A stretch of DNA of 61,799 nt, the filler included, from Dugesia japonica (lineage: Eukaryota): assembly GCA_001938525.1 (NCBI GenBank). It is 5 parts of 5 records of this genome, joined end to end, with 100 filler letters (N's around TTAATTAATTAA, not from the genome) between each part and the next. Parts side by side here need not be neighbours in the genome. Positions count along the whole stretch, not along the records: positions 1 to 10,648 come from MQRL01636815.1; positions 10,749 to 27,540 come from MQRL01615268.1; 3 more parts are not named here. The stretch is one strand, 5' to 3'. The translations under genes and the position numbers were made by a program. The notes beneath the pieces were generated by a model that searched no databases, was not told the DNA's origin, and saw only the letters and a program-made list of their open reading frames with translations. Each line of letters begins with the position of its first letter. The stretch's first letter is position 1. Below, in pieces: positions 1 to 13,152 of the stretch.

Positions 1-1397
1 TATTTCCAATAAATTTTTGATTTTAGATTTTTCCTTAATTTAATCTACTAAATAAAATAATTATTGATTTTCTGCATTAAGATCATAAACGTTTTCTAAA
101 TGAAATCTTACGAAGCCGAAAAATTTCAAGTTACTACATTTTTATCGGTTTTAGTATTTTTTAAATATTGTCTAAAGATATTTTTATGATTGTTTTTATG
201 ATATTTTGTCATGTGTGTATGCAATATAATTAATTAGTGCTAAATATAAACCCTAAAAATCCGTTAAATAATTGGAATTGGTAAGGTAGTTATAATATTA
301 AAGTGATAAAATAAGTTTTAGACACCGATATATTCATTGTGTTTTGCGTGTGTTAATCTTATAATTTTAGATTATTTTAATTTATTTTAATTTGGAATTT
401 CATTGAATTTAATTAAAAATCAATTTAAATTAACTAATTTCTATTATTGGATAATTATTTTTTATTGTTTGTGTGTATATTTTTTTGGAGATATATTTTA
501 TTGATTTTATTAATTTGGATCTAAAATGTATGTGCAAACCACATCAGATATTTGACAATATTTTTCTGTACAAAATGTATTTATATTTTGCCTATTTAGA
601 AATAGTTTGTGTGCAAACTTTCTAGCTCCAAGTGTAACACTACAAAGATTTTCGATTTCTCTTAATTTTGACAATAATTTACTATTTAACTTTTTGGACC
701 CTCCATAAATAACAAATTCAAATTATTTAAATTCGTTTTCATCACTAAGGTTCCAAAAATATGTAATATTATTGATATTTGTATGTATTTCGGATTTCAA
801 TTTGCATTGATAAATTTGAAATTTGATCTAAATATCAATGTAAATATGATCGTCACTTGGATTGAAATTGATAATGGAATTTCTACAATTTATTACAATT
901 CATTTTCATATAATTCCTCCTAAAGTATTGAAAAAATACATTTTGATTTATCGTTTTGGATAAAATACAAAATGAATAATTATTTTGAAATACTTATTTG
1001 TACATAATAGATTACACGATAGATTTTATGTGGTATACAATGTATATATTTTAAACTGTTAAAATAAAATGAAACTATCATTCTTGGTAATAAAAAGCAA
1101 ATATTGAGTTGAAAATGATCCTCTAAAAAATAAAAAAAATTCAACTTGGGCAATTAATATTTACCAATTTACTGTCTTGTGTAATATACTGGATATATCA
1201 NNNNNNNNNNNNNNNNNNNNNNNNNNNNNNNNNNNNNNNNNNNNNNNNNNNNNNNNNNNNNTAGAAAAATAATTCTATGCAACCAATATTTCACGGATTT
1301 ACAACAATCTCCTACAAAATACTGGCTGCAAAATGACAATTTAACAGTGCTATATATATTTTTGAAGTTATATAGTATAGTATAATAACTATAATAT

Positions 1398-1477
1398 CAG
1401 TGATGCACAACCTTCGGCCCGTAATTTTTGCATGCATGGCCCGCGACATTGATTTAAACTGATGTTGTGCACCACTG
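1398..1477. mobile_element. Short hAT-like MITE (CAGTG termini), part of a larger dispersed repeat also present inverted near 49850-50000
   Basis: Starts CAGTGATGCACAAC and ends GTTGTGCACCACTG (imperfect TIR). Sequence 1262-1440 resembles the reverse complement of ~49850-50000. No clean TSD. Confidence 0.55.
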
Positions 1478-2076
1478 GAATATATCTACGATATCCATTA
1501 ATATATGTATATCATTTTGAAGTTAGTATTTCCAATGAATGATTGATTTCTTCTAAGAGGTAGTTTATTTGTGAAGTGTTACATTGAATGGAACTTTAAA
1601 GTCTTGCGAATAATGGGATAATAATTTAGCTGCGCATTTACTGTGACTGCTTTTGAAAATATCTAACTTTTGTTATTTCTGATGTGCATTTTTTCTTTTA
1701 ACGATGAATGATATAAACAAATTAATGAAATTTGTCATGGGTTATACTCTTCCTTCATTGATTTTTTTCAAATATTTAAAAATTGATAATGCGTATTTTT
1801 CTGGTGTTTATTAATAAAGGTGATATTAATCTTAATTTGAATAATTCTCTACGTAGTAATATGACATAAAAACAGAAATTTTTATTATGAAACAATTATA
1901 AAAAATGCATGAAGCAATTAATAAGTTATTATATAAAATTGATAGCTTAAATTATGTATAATGGAGGGTCTAAATATTATTGGTGAATTTAGTTTTATAT
2001 AAATTGTTATTCTAAAGAGTTTAAGCAATTCAAAAGTTGATAACTAAGACAAATTGTACAAATTGTAAAATTATGT

Positions 2077-2500
2077 TTAGTAATAGATCGAAGACATTAT
2101 GGATTGTATACTTCTGACAGTTCTTTCAATAATAGATCGATTTTTTTCAGTGGTTTTAAGAAATTCTTNATAAAATTTTTTTCTCGCCATCCTCTGATCA
2201 TCGAGGACTTTGGAAACAATACCTGCTGAAAGGTTTCTTTTTCCTAATTTTTTCTTCACTATCCTGTGCAAACTGCTTTTGCCTATTCCAACTTCGTTGG
2301 CAAGCATTCTAAGATAAACATTTTCAATAATTTCTTCGTTAGTCACCTCATTTAGCCGCCAAGACAGCTTTTTGTCATCGATTGACATTAAGCCTTCTTT
2401 AAACGAAATAAACTATTTATAGGGATTCTTTTCTGATTTTGCATCATTCTTATAAAGTTTGACTAACATTTGATGTGTTTCTTTCGTTGTCTTTCCTAGT
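2077..2500 (-). mobile_element. Degenerate mariner transposase N-terminal (HTH) fragment
   Basis: Translation ...KETHQMLVKLY...FKEG-MSIDDK...LRMLANEVGIGKSSLHRIVKKKLGKR...VSKVL resembles the mariner DNA-binding region. It contains stops and no DD34D domain. Confidence 0.7.
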
Positions 2501-5119
2501 ACACTTTGAAATTTTGAATTTTAATATTATGAATCAACTATTGAAGTTGATTTTGTAAGAATTTCACCGGAAATTTCTAAAAATCAATAATTATGTAAAA
2601 TTTATTATGCCAATTTTCAATTACATCGATATTAAAAATCTAAGTAGGTTAAAGTCTAATATTTGAAAATGAATAGCAAATATATTATTGAGCTACAACC
2701 ATGTAGTTAAATTTTCTCATCGATTTACCCGAATTATTGGTGCCGCAATTAAATTATTTGAGCTGCTGCAAGTCTGCATAAATTAATATCGATATTGTTC
2801 CATTTCAATACACAACGTACATTGAAGTGAATATATATATATATATATATAGTTTTTAATTTTATTTATTCTAATAAATAATTTTTATTTTTATGTTATA
2901 CAAGTTTTGTTTTGTTATTTGTGAGATTGGTCAGTTTTCCATTTTGTTTTCCAAAATATTTTCAAACCATCATCCTAAAGATTGGTTTTTATTNNNNNNN
3001 NNNNNNNNNNNNNNNNNNNNNNNNNNNNNNNNNNNNNNNNNNNNNNNNNNNNNNNNNNAAGATTGACTAAGTCTGTTATTTTGCAGAAAGCTTTAAAAAA
3101 TTTCAATTCTTTATGTCTCCATTAAATTAGCATATTGAAAATATAAAGGTCTTGTTTAAAGATCATACACAACTATTGAATTTAGTTCTAATTCTTCCTA
3201 ATTTTAAGCAAATTTCGAATATTATTTCACGTCTTTCAGAAACTAATATGCTTCTGATTGATTAAAATAAAAAAGTTCGATCATCGCAACATTCATTGAA
3301 CCACGATGATTAAGTCAGAAATTGAATCAAAAATGAGCTGTTTTTGAAAATAATACAGAATGGGATAATTTATCGAGCTTTTCATATGAAATTAAGATGG
3401 AAAAAATATTTTCTTTCGAAATGTACAAATTACTAATATAAATATAGTTTAAGTCTGTTTAGCAAAAATGGAGTAAATTTCATAGCTTCTAGTTTAAAAC
3501 ATCATATAGTACTTATACATGCTAGTAGAAGATTTCANNNNNNNNNNNNNNNNNNNNNNNNNNNNNNNNNNNNNNNNNNNNNNNNNNNNNNNNNNNNNNN
3601 NNNNNNNNNNNNNNNNNNNNNNNNNNNNNNNNNNNNNNNNNNNNNNNNNNNNNNNNNNNNNNNNNNNNATAATAACTATAATTTCAACTTTAAATTAAAC
3701 TTAAATTGTGAATAAGAATGCATATTCTTATTAAAACAATCAAATAAATAAATAAATAGATTCATTTGTAATTTTAAATTACTATAATCTATTCATAAGT
3801 GATTAGTCATCAATAAATTCTAAAATATATTTTAGAAAATTAATCTATAATTGTTAATTATTATTTGAGTTAAATATTAAAAGTAAATGACAATCAATAT
3901 TGAATAACATTAGAAGATTAGAACGCAGAACCTGGGTTTTATATGTAAACTTGATAAGTCAATAAAATACAATGATTCTGAATGTATTCTGTGACTTGCA
4001 CAGTCATTGAATGATTGCTTGGACAATTGCTTTTCGATGTTCATTGAGAGAATTTTTAAGAGAATTATAAAAATAGATTAAGACAATTACATTTTTTGAT
4101 ATTTCATCTGAAATTTTTTATTGTCAATTAATCTGACAATAATTAAATTAAATTATTAAAACCAATATGATAAACGTATATTTTAAATTTTTATATATTA
4201 CTATTGAAAATATAGTTTTAAAATAATTTTATGTCATTCGGTATAATTTTTTGAAATATAATTTAATTAGAAAATTAATTTAAAATTTTGAGCAAGATTT
4301 TTTTTTGTTAAAATTTTTTTCTTAATTTTTCAAAAAATTAGGAATAAAATGAAAATTTTATTTTTAGAGATAAGATCAAATTTTTAAAATTGTAGAAATC
4401 CAGTTTTAAACTTAAAGTTGAAATGTGAATTATTTGTCTTTGTTTAAAAGACAAACCTAAATGGATTTTTAAAATGTTTTACATTCTACGATGGACGTAT
4501 TAGACTATACCCTAACAAAAATAAAAATTAAAGCAAATCTTTGATGTACGCTTTTTAATTTATTGGAACGTTACAAGTCATTATTATTATTTTAAGTTGA
4601 ATTTTAATCTTTTAACTCTTAATAGGAAATATATCTTTTTAAAATTTCTAATGAATACAAGATTCAATTCAATTCATATCCGTCTCTACATATAATCGAA
4701 CTTCTATAAATTACAACTTGATTAAAATTGGCATGCGTATTGGTAATCTCCAATATTTGGAGGAGTTTTGGTACATAGTGATCATTTAAGGTTGGAATAT
4801 TTAGAGAAAATGTTCTTTATATGAAATGANNNNNNNNNNNNNNNNNNNNNNNNNNNNNNNNNNNNNNNNNNNNNNNNNNNNNNNNNNNNNNNNNNNNNNN
4901 NNNNNNNNNNNNNTATTATTATCTATTTATTATTGTAAGTAGTTTATTTAATATAATAAATTTTTAAATCAAATGGATTTTTATTTTAATTTTTATAATT
5001 CCGTTTAACCAAAAATGACAAATGTTATGAAACGGTATTAATTAACTTTGCAAATAAAATCCAAATTTTTTGAAAAGAAATGTGTTCTGGACAAATCTTA
5101 TTAAATTTACAATTTTCAG

Positions 5120-5401
5120 TTTATGATGTTATTCCGGAAAGCTAAAGCTGGTGAATTAGGTCATGACAATCCATTAATGAATTTATACGATAAATATATG
5201 GAATTAGAATCAGTGGCAGTTGAAGAAATCGGAGTAAAAGGTGCCAAATCATTTTTTGAATCTAAAGTGGCCAAAATCGCTAGAGATCAAGAAATGACAA
5301 ATGAAATATTAAGAGAGCAAGAAGAAAAGAAAGTTTTAGAAGAAGAAAAAAAGCGTCGCCGAGAAGAATTCAAAGCCAAGCAGAAATCATTTCAAATTTA
5401 A
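5120..5401 (+). CDS. EFHD2: Terminal exon of EF-hand domain protein D (swiprosin-1/EFHD1/2 family)
   Basis: Acceptor ttttcag at 5113-5119, then FMMLFRKAKAGEL...IGVKGAKSFFESKV...EEKKRRREEFKAKQKSF*, which matches the EFHD C-terminus (LIFRKAAAGEL, GVKGAKSFFEAKV, coiled coil). Upstream exons not identified. Confidence 0.85.
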   Translation, partial: FMMLFRKAKAGELGHDNPLMNLYDKYMELESVAVEEIGVKGAKSFFESKVAKIARDQEMTNEILREQEEKKVLEEEKKRRREEFKAKQKSFQI

Positions 5402-5879
5402 TTTTGTAATTGATTTATCGAGAAATGATTTCCTATAAATTTTAATAATTAATTATTGATTACAAATATTTAAAAATATTGAATTTTTAATAATTTGGTT
5501 TTTGCTATTTTCTCGTTAACTGTTTTAATTGTAAACTTTTTATATCATGAAATCAATGATTTGTGCTCAATTGTGCCAACAGAATATTTACCTTCAATAA
5601 ATGTTTATTAAACTTTTTATAAAAAATTTGGAATTATTTCTGATAATTATTTTTATAATTTTTTTCGATAAATCCATATATACTACGCACGCCAAAAAGT
5701 ATTTTCATATCCTCATGTTGCACTCCGAATTTTAGACCACTTTTGCTTACATACAAATCAACTTTTCTACCCCAACCATTTTTGAGAAATTAATTTTTAA
5801 CCGACGTCACAAGATATTTGTTTGTAATTTCATAAAGAAAATAAATAAAATATTTAATTGAATATTAAAACAAAAGAAA

Positions 5880-6411
5880 AAATAGTTTATCGAAGAGTTG
5901 CTACTAATCTTTAAACCCTTATATACTTTAAAGAAAGCAAAAGATAATTAATCTGGTTTGCACTAACAAACAAAGGGTCTTTTTTTTATCGAATACCAGC
6001 ACACATGCATCACAGAAGATCGAGACAAACATTAATTTCAAAATGGCAGATAGTAGATAGATAGTGGGAGTGAAGAACAGCACACATTCAGTAGAACCCC
6101 CCCCCCGTGTGTAACAATTTATTACATAACTGTTTTTCATTTTTTCTAATGTATTTAGTCGACGATTTGAAATTGCACACCTATTAAGTNNNNNNNNNNN
6201 NNNNNNNNNNNNNNNNNNNNNNNNNNNNNNNNNNNNNNNAAATAGTTTATCGAAGAGTTGCTACTAATCTTTAAACCCTTATATACTTTAAAGAAAGCAA
6301 AAGATAATTAATCATGTTTGCATTAACAAACAGATGGTCTTTTTTTTATCGAATATCAGCACACATGCATCACAGAAGATCGAGACAAACATTAATTTCA
6401 AAATGGCAGAT
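5880..6411. repeat. ~170-bp near-identical direct duplication flanking an N gap
   Basis: 5880-6051 is about equal to 6240-6411 with a few mismatches. Could be an allelic or assembly overlap, or a local tandem repeat. Confidence 0.7.
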
Positions 6412-7072
6412 GTAAACTAAAAATCCTTTATTAGTGGACCTCAGTAGATAGATACATCAGCACTAAATCATCCCTTCCCCACTGACAAAGTGATATAGAA
6501 ATTTGAATGGTCAAAAATTCTTGGTCAAAAATTTGGTTAGAAAGTTCGAATTTTGGTTTAGACTTTTTCAATAAAAAATGGTCGTATGATTTGAAATTTG
6601 GTATCATTAGAGTCGGAAATAAAAGCTGTGTATAGCTGTTACGTTACTTTTATCTAAAAATATTTCGTTCACACTGTAAAGGGGTTGTTAGTACTAAATC
6701 ACTTTGGATTTGGCTTAGAATTTTCTCGGTCAATAATGATTGCACTGCATCAGATTTAGTAATATTCGATTCAGAATAAAAATATGTTTATACATTGTTC
6801 AAAGGACTTATATCGAAAAATACTTCGTTTAGAGAATAATATATAACTATATTATTAATAATAGCTTTAAAATATTTTGATATACATTGTTTAAAAGACT
6901 GCCATCGATAAATGCTACTTTCTTACAGGAAAAAGTTATGCAGCACTGGATTATTGATGCATAGCTAAATTTAAATTATAATAATAAACTTAACATAAAA
7001 TTTTGAAATAATATACTTTACAAAAAATTAAAATCATAGACTATACACCATAAAATTTGTAACTATTTACAT

Positions 7073-7495
7073 CAGTGTTTTTCAACCTTTTTCGTGCCAT
7101 GCCCCACCTTAGCTTTAAAAAATTTAATATGTCTCATTACATAAAATTTTTTAATTTTTCAATAAGTATCTTAAATGATGGACTTCAGGTAAAAATAACA
7201 AGGAAGTTATTAAACAAACATAATATATTCAGGTATTCAAATCGAATTTATCTGAATGTATCTCGGTCAACTTATAATGTCGTTTCATTGCTATTATAAG
7301 AGAAGTCATTCGCTATGAGATACTCAGTAAAAATGGCTGCCAAAAGTTATTTGCACACCATACTGGATGTTTAATAAGCCTGAGAGATGACTTAGAGTCG
7401 CGATTTGCATTCTTTANNNNNNNNNNNNNNNNNNNNNNNNNNNNNNNNNNNNNNNNNNNNNNNNNNNNNNNNATGCCCCACGTTGTGAAACACTG
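7073..7495. mobile_element. hAT-family MITE with 8-bp TSD
   Basis: CAGTGTTT...AAACACTG termini, with ATTTACAT on both sides (7065-7072 and 7496-7503). Confidence 0.8.
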
Positions 7496-7999
7496 ATTTA
7501 CATTGATAAAAATTTAAAACTAAAAACAATAAGATATTACTATTGACAACAATAAATGCACTTACAAATTAAATTTACAAGATTTGTTAAAAACATTTTT
7601 CTGAACATAATTGGGTTGGAATGCATTAGCAGTCTAAAAATAAAATCATTAAATTATTTTAATAATAATAAATCAAATAATTTACTTGAATTGAGCAAAC
7701 ACTGAGTCAAGCTAAACACGTGTATATAAGCTTACTACGATTGCTTACTGTTTCCATTAAATTACTATGTCTATGAGGTTGCTGTTTTCATCAACTCATT
7801 GTTTCCAATAGTTTAGTGCAGAGCTGTCCAAAAGGCTGCCCGTGAATCATTTCTCTTTTTTACATATTATTTCATGAAAAGTTAAATATTACTTGCCATC
7901 AAATAATACACGCTTACGCCATTTGCTTCAAAATGTTTTTCTCTGAGACCCAATAAACGGTTATTTGATCTTTTTGAATCCACTCTTTTTCCATCGGCT

Positions 8000-9070
8000 C
8001 CGTTTCTTTTTTAAATATTTTTTGATTTCTGTTGTTTTCCACAAAATTTTATTTAATATTGCCGTATTGATTTTCCCTTTCTTTGCTTCATCATGTATCA
8101 TCTGACATTGAACAGAGGTTTCACACTTCAACCGACCTTACCACTGAAAACTCCTTTTCTATATTTAATAGCTATATACAGACTGCTTAAATAGTTAAGC
8201 CAAGTTTGAAACTGCAGAGTAATTGGCTTCTTTGTAGTCATCATAAAAGTTATTGCTTTATGACCTTTTCGAAAAATAGACGTTCTTCCATATAAATAAT
8301 GTTTGAAATACACACAAAAAATTGGTACACTGCTAACAATTCTTTCTCGTAATACAATATCCATTTTTGGTGGCTTGTCATTGAATCAAAAACATTTTCT
8401 TACTTTTTACTATCTTTTTACGATAAAACTGTCCTAGAAACTTGAATCTATATCCAGTAAAAATTCTTATCCAAATCTTAAAATCTGAGTTGTCTGCAAC
8501 GCGTCCTTTAACCCATAAAAAATATTGTTCAAATCAATTTTTTTATAAGTCCATCCGCTGCATAANNNNNNNNNNNNNNNNNNNNNNNNNNCATACCCTT
8601 TTATGAATGTTTACAATAATTACAAAATCTAGTTTCACACTTTAACCGAGATTACCATTGAAAACTCTTTTTGGAATTCAAGAAAACTTTAGATTTTTTC
8701 TACACAATTCGGTTGTCTAAAATTCCTAATACCATCTATCTTCATGATATTTGTACATAATCTTTTCTCCCTATTAATAAAACCTAGAAATTTAATCTCT
8801 TTCTGAAGAAACACACATTTCCCGCATTTATTCTCAATTCCACATCCATAATTCTTGACAACGCCCAGTCAATAATTCTATAATGTTCTTCTTTTGAATT
8901 GGAGAAAATTAAGATGTTATCTAAATAAACCAACGCCACAACCAAACTTTCTTTGACTTTCATCATAATCTCTTGAAACGTCAAAGGAGCCGCCACTAAA
9001 AACCGGATTGTCTTTCTTTGATAGAAAAAGCTATTTTCCCCTGACTCTTCATCGAACTTTACCTTATAGT
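8000..9070 (-). mobile_element. Decayed Gypsy/Ty3 pol fragment (RT-RNase H)
   Basis: AAPLTFQEIM...VYLDNILIFSNSKEEH (YxDD-like) and FKHYLYGR...HKAITFMMTTKKPI...WLNYLSSL (RNase H end). Many stops and frameshifts. Similar to the element at 52.8-55.6 kb. Confidence 0.8.
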
Positions 9071-10579
9071 ATGTGTTCCCTTAGTCATTCAAACTTCTTT
9101 CTGTTTCGGGCTCTGCAAATATTGTAGCTGAGAAAACCATTTACTCAAATGGCAGTTATCAAAATGTAACTAGCAATATTATTTGTTGAACCAAAATCAG
9201 AAATTTTTGAAAATGGAATTATGATATTGACAGAGAGATAGAAATAAATTATCGACAATAATGAGCAATAGAATAAAGAATAAGATTAATAATTGCTTTT
9301 TATTTAATAGTAAAAAACCGAAGGAACTTTTCTTACAACGTAATAGTGTGATGACCATTTTTCGTGTTTAAAGTTATCAGTGAACTAATTGTAGTTTAAA
9401 ACATGATCAAAAAATATAACAATTTGTCAACCGTTTCTTAAATGATGACCAATTAACAATTTCATAGAAAGTCTAAATTGAAAATGAAAATAAATATTAG
9501 ACTGAGAAATACAATAAAAAAGAAAGTTATGAAGTTGTATAAATTTACAATGTAAATTTTAGGTCAATAATAAATTATTAAGTTCGTGAATCCTGGAAAA
9601 AACTGACTGATTATACAGAATCCGTACCAAATAGATAAAATTCCAAAAAATGTATTTTAATCATTTAAAGTTCTTATGATAATGTTTCATTTATAGTTAA
9701 TCTCCAAAGGAAATATTAAATGTTGATAATAAAGAGAAGGTTAAAGACTAATTCTTGAAAAATTTCAATAAATTTAATTTTAAATTTATACACTAAACTT
9801 GAATTTCGTTGATGGCACCTATTTTAGGTTTGCAGATGGGTAACACGAACCTAGCGCTGACTGAGTAAATAGCACACATACACAATTATATATAAATATT
9901 ACAAAAAATAGTCTGATTTTAATAATTTCATAAAACCTACAATTTGTCGATCCGGCAAATGTATTTTTTCAACACCAATACTTTCAACAAATAATTGCAG
10001 AAACTGTAACAGAAAAAGATAGAAAAAAATACCTTTCGCCATGGAAAATTTATTATTATTGTATTTTATAGATTCAATTTTGTTTTAATCAATGGGAAGA
10101 TATCAATTATTTTTCACCGCTGAATGAGTTCAGGAATTATGAGATGAACAATTACTGTTGAAAATGAACAAAATTTTGGTTGACAGATTTTAGACCTAAA
10201 TAAAATTCTCTAGACTAGTTAAATATTCTGCGATATTTACAAATTTTTTTTCAAACAATTACCAACTTATTTAACAGTTGTTACAGCTTGTGACAAAAAA
10301 TGTGACGTTTTATTCTTTCTGTATTAATATAATATATAAATTTTGTAATAACGGTTTTCAATGATATTTTCGGATAATTATTGAATTATCAATATTTTCT
10401 GGAAAAATTCTAAAAATTATTTAAAACAGTTTCTTGTCAGTGAAAATCTTTTCTCATTAATAATAAACAAGCTACTTTGTTATCAAAAGCTTTGAAATTA
10501 TATAAAGATAATTACTGGAAAATAAGTTAACCAAAAAATGTAATCAAATATAAATAATAATTAGAAAATCATTTTAAAA

Positions 10580-10599
10580 ATAATAATAATATTAATAAT

Positions 10600-10648
<49 letters not shown>
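10580..10648. repeat. (AAT)n microsatellite
   Basis: Visible trinucleotide run ending in a gap. Confidence 0.9.
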
Positions 10649-10692
10649 NNNNNNNNNNNNNNNNNNNNNNNNNNNNNNNNNNNNNNNNNNNN

Positions 10693-10704
10693 TTAATTAA
10701 TTAA
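10693..10704. other. Artificial TTAATTAATTAA scaffold spacer inside an N gap (also 27585-27596, 40445-40456, 52770-52781)
   Basis: The identical 12-mer, with stops in all six frames, sits centred in N runs at four sites. Confidence 0.85.
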
Positions 10705-10748
10705 NNNNNNNNNNNNNNNNNNNNNNNNNNNNNNNNNNNNNNNNNNNN

Positions 10749-10822
10749 TATTTAAATATCTTCAAAATGATATATAATTATATTGATTCAAATATGTAAA
10801 TATCTTCAAAATGATATATAAT
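10749..10822 (+). repeat. 44-bp minisatellite, left part (Polinton insertion target)
   Basis: Unit TTGATTCAAATAT(T/G)TAAATATCTTCAAAATGATATATAATTATA is truncated exactly at the AG start of the Polinton TIR. Confidence 0.85.
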
Positions 10823-10928
10823 AGTAATAGAGGAATAACGCTTACAAATCATGGGGGGACCCTTAAAATTCAGTATGGTAATTATGCTTATTACGCTTTT
10901 GGCTCAAGGGGGGGGGTTGTGTTATATT
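10823..10928 (+). repeat. Left terminal inverted repeat (~106 bp)
   Basis: Begins AGTAATAGAGG. 10840-10928 is the reverse complement of 26439-26524 except for G-run length (9 vs 6). Confidence 0.92.
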
Positions 10929-10949
10929 TTGACTTTATTTAGCAATAAT

Positions 10950-11104
10950 AAGGCAAAATATAGCACTAAATTATTGCCATAAAAAAATAAGACAAAAATA
11001 TAGCAGTAAATATAGCACTAAAATTGTTACCATAAAAAAAATAAAACAAAAATATAACAGTAAATATAGCAATAAATATAGCATAATATAGCATAATATC
11101 GCAT
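10950..11104 (+). repeat. Subterminal array of ATATAGCA-type repeats
   Basis: About 8 copies of AATAT(A/C)(G/A)CA between the left TIR and the first ORF. Confidence 0.7.
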
Positions 11105-11127
11105 TTTCTAAATTTTTCCTCTATAAA

Positions 11128-11775
11128 ATGAATGAAGGAAATTTATTAATAAATAAATACTTAGACCATAAAAAAAACAACCCCGATTTAAATGAAAAAG
11201 AAATATGCCAAGAAATTAATACAACAGTTACAATGTTACATAAGGCATTAAGAGCTAACTTTTATAAGATTCCAAGAAAAATATATCCTTTATTACATTA
11301 TAGTTATAATGAAGAAGATGATAAATTTGTAAAAGATAAAAATGGAATTTATTTTTTTAATATTAAAATTAAAGAGTTTGAATTATTATCTAAAAGAAAA
11401 AAACCAGATTTAACTGATAAAAGAACAATAGCACATAAAATTAGTAAAGGAAAAATAACAAGAAAAAAAATAATAAACCCAACAAGTGCCGGGGGAACAA
11501 TTAAAATTGATAATCAAAATTCTGAAGATGACTTATTTGATAATCAAAATTCTGAAGATAACTTATTTGATAATCAAAATTCTGAAGATAACTTATTTGA
11601 TAATCCAAATTCTGAAGATGACTTATTTGATAATCAAAATTCTGAAGATAACTTATTCGATAAGCTAAATGATAATAAGCAAAATGTTAAAAAAAACAGT
11701 GAAATGGATGAGATATTTGATAATATCAATATTGATTATAATATGAAATATTTATTAAAACCATATCGAAGATGA
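11128..11775 (+). CDS. Polinton hypothetical protein with a 10-aa tandem repeat
   Basis: 215-aa ORF preceded by TATAAA. Five 30-bp repeats encode DNQNSED(D/N)LF (~11508-11660). Confidence 0.7.
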   Translation: MNEGNLLINKYLDHKKNNPDLNEKEICQEINTTVTMLHKALRANFYKIPRKIYPLLHYSYNEEDDKFVKDKNGIYFFNIKIKEFELLSKRKKPDLTDKRTIAHKISKGKITRKKIINPTSAGGTIKIDNQNSEDDLFDNQNSEDNLFDNQNSEDNLFDNPNSEDDLFDNQNSEDNLFDKLNDNKQNVKKNSEMDEIFDNINIDYNMKYLLKPYRR

Positions 11776-11805
11776 AATAATTGTTCAAAATTTTTTCTTT
11801 ATAAA

Positions 11806-13152
11806 ATGCTAGACTTAGATTATAATATTGAATTTCAACATACAGAAATTAAAAATGATATGCTAAAAATTTCACCCTCATCGGGTTCAATCAATAATTT
11901 AAATGCAAATGGAGATATCGTATTTCAATCTTTACAATCTACAAATCCATTAGACATTTGCAATGCGCTATTATATTTTAGAATTGAATTAACATTTGGA
12001 GATAAAAATATACACAAAGATAAAATAACTCTAGAAAATAATTTCTTTCCAAGTTTATTTAAATTAATGAGATTAACACTCGGATCTACACATATTGAAA
12101 CAATCAACGATCCAGGTGTAATTTCAACAATGTTAAATTTCATATCTACAACTGACACATTTAAAAAAGAACACGGACAATTATCAGGTTGGTTACCAGA
12201 TATTAATAAAGGAGATACACAACTAACAAGTTGGGAAACTAACTTGGGTTATTATAATAGAAAAAAACTTTATAACTCAAATAAATTTGAAGGTTATTTT
12301 CAATTAAGAAATTTATTTGGCTTCTTACAGAATTACAATCGGCTATTATACAATACGATGATAGAATTTACATGTACTCGTCATTTAGAAGATAAATTAA
12401 TATTCTATGGTGAAAAAGATACAACCGCATCATTAAAAATTTTAACTCTCGAACTTCACATTCCAGAAGTTAGATTATTACTAAAAAAAGAATTAATTCT
12501 ACTAGAACGTATAGCAACAAATAAACCAATTAAAGTTTCATTCTTAAATCGCTTATCTGCGAAATCAAATCTTGACACCGGAGGATATTATTCAATTAAA
12601 ATTAGCTCTTTGGCATATCAACCAAGATATATTTTAATTGGTTTTAAAGATCCTGGAAATTCATATCAAAAGAATAATAATTTATTTATACAAAGTACTT
12701 ATATAACAGAAGAAAAAACTGTAATAAAAGATTCAACAAAACCAACAGAAACAACTGTTGAAAAAGTGAAAACATATTCATATTTAAAAGGTATTCAGTT
12801 ACAATTAAACAATACTTATTATCCAATCAATGAATTAAGATTTAACAAAGAAAATAATGAAATGGCATATCCTTATTACCAATATATTAAATGTTGTCGT
12901 GAATTCTTAACAGAACCTCAATTATCATTAATGGATTATACTAATTTATATCCGCTGTTCTGTTTTGATGTCAGTGCACATGATGACAAAATGAATATTA
13001 ATAATGTTGATGTCACACTTCATATAACAAAAGATCCAGATTTCAAAGGAATTCTTTACTGGTGCATTCTCGAAGAAAAGCATGTTGAAATGAAACTTGC
13101 TAGTAATAAAATTGTTTTAATTGAAAATGTTAGAGGAGTTGATATAAAATAA
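11806..13152 (+). CDS. Major capsid protein (double jelly-roll, hexon-like)
   Basis: 448 aa with NFFPSLF, LRNLFGF, PRYILIGF, QLNNTYYP and LYPLFCFDVS motifs typical of Polinton/adintovirus MCPs. Size and context fit. Confidence 0.85.
   Translation: MLDLDYNIEFQHTEIKNDMLKISPSSGSINNLNANGDIVFQSLQSTNPLDICNALLYFRIELTFGDKNIHKDKITLENNFFPSLFKLMRLTLGSTHIETINDPGVISTMLNFISTTDTFKKEHGQLSGWLPDINKGDTQLTSWETNLGYYNRKKLYNSNKFEGYFQLRNLFGFLQNYNRLLYNTMIEFTCTRHLEDKLIFYGEKDTTASLKILTLELHIPEVRLLLKKELILLERIATNKPIKVSFLNRLSAKSNLDTGGYYSIKISSLAYQPRYILIGFKDPGNSYQKNNNLFIQSTYITEEKTVIKDSTKPTETTVEKVKTYSYLKGIQLQLNNTYYPINELRFNKENNEMAYPYYQYIKCCREFLTEPQLSLMDYTNLYPLFCFDVSAHDDKMNINNVDVTLHITKDPDFKGILYWCILEEKHVEMKLASNKIVLIENVRGVDIK

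Noticed and set aside
10693-10704. TTAATTAATTAA palindromes inside N runs (four sites) as biological motifs
   Set aside because: An identical six-frame-stop 12-mer centred in gaps is an assembly spacer. It also means adjacency across these gaps is uncertain.
11508-11660. 30-bp repeats as CRISPR-like
   Set aside because: They are contiguous in-frame coding repeats without spacers.
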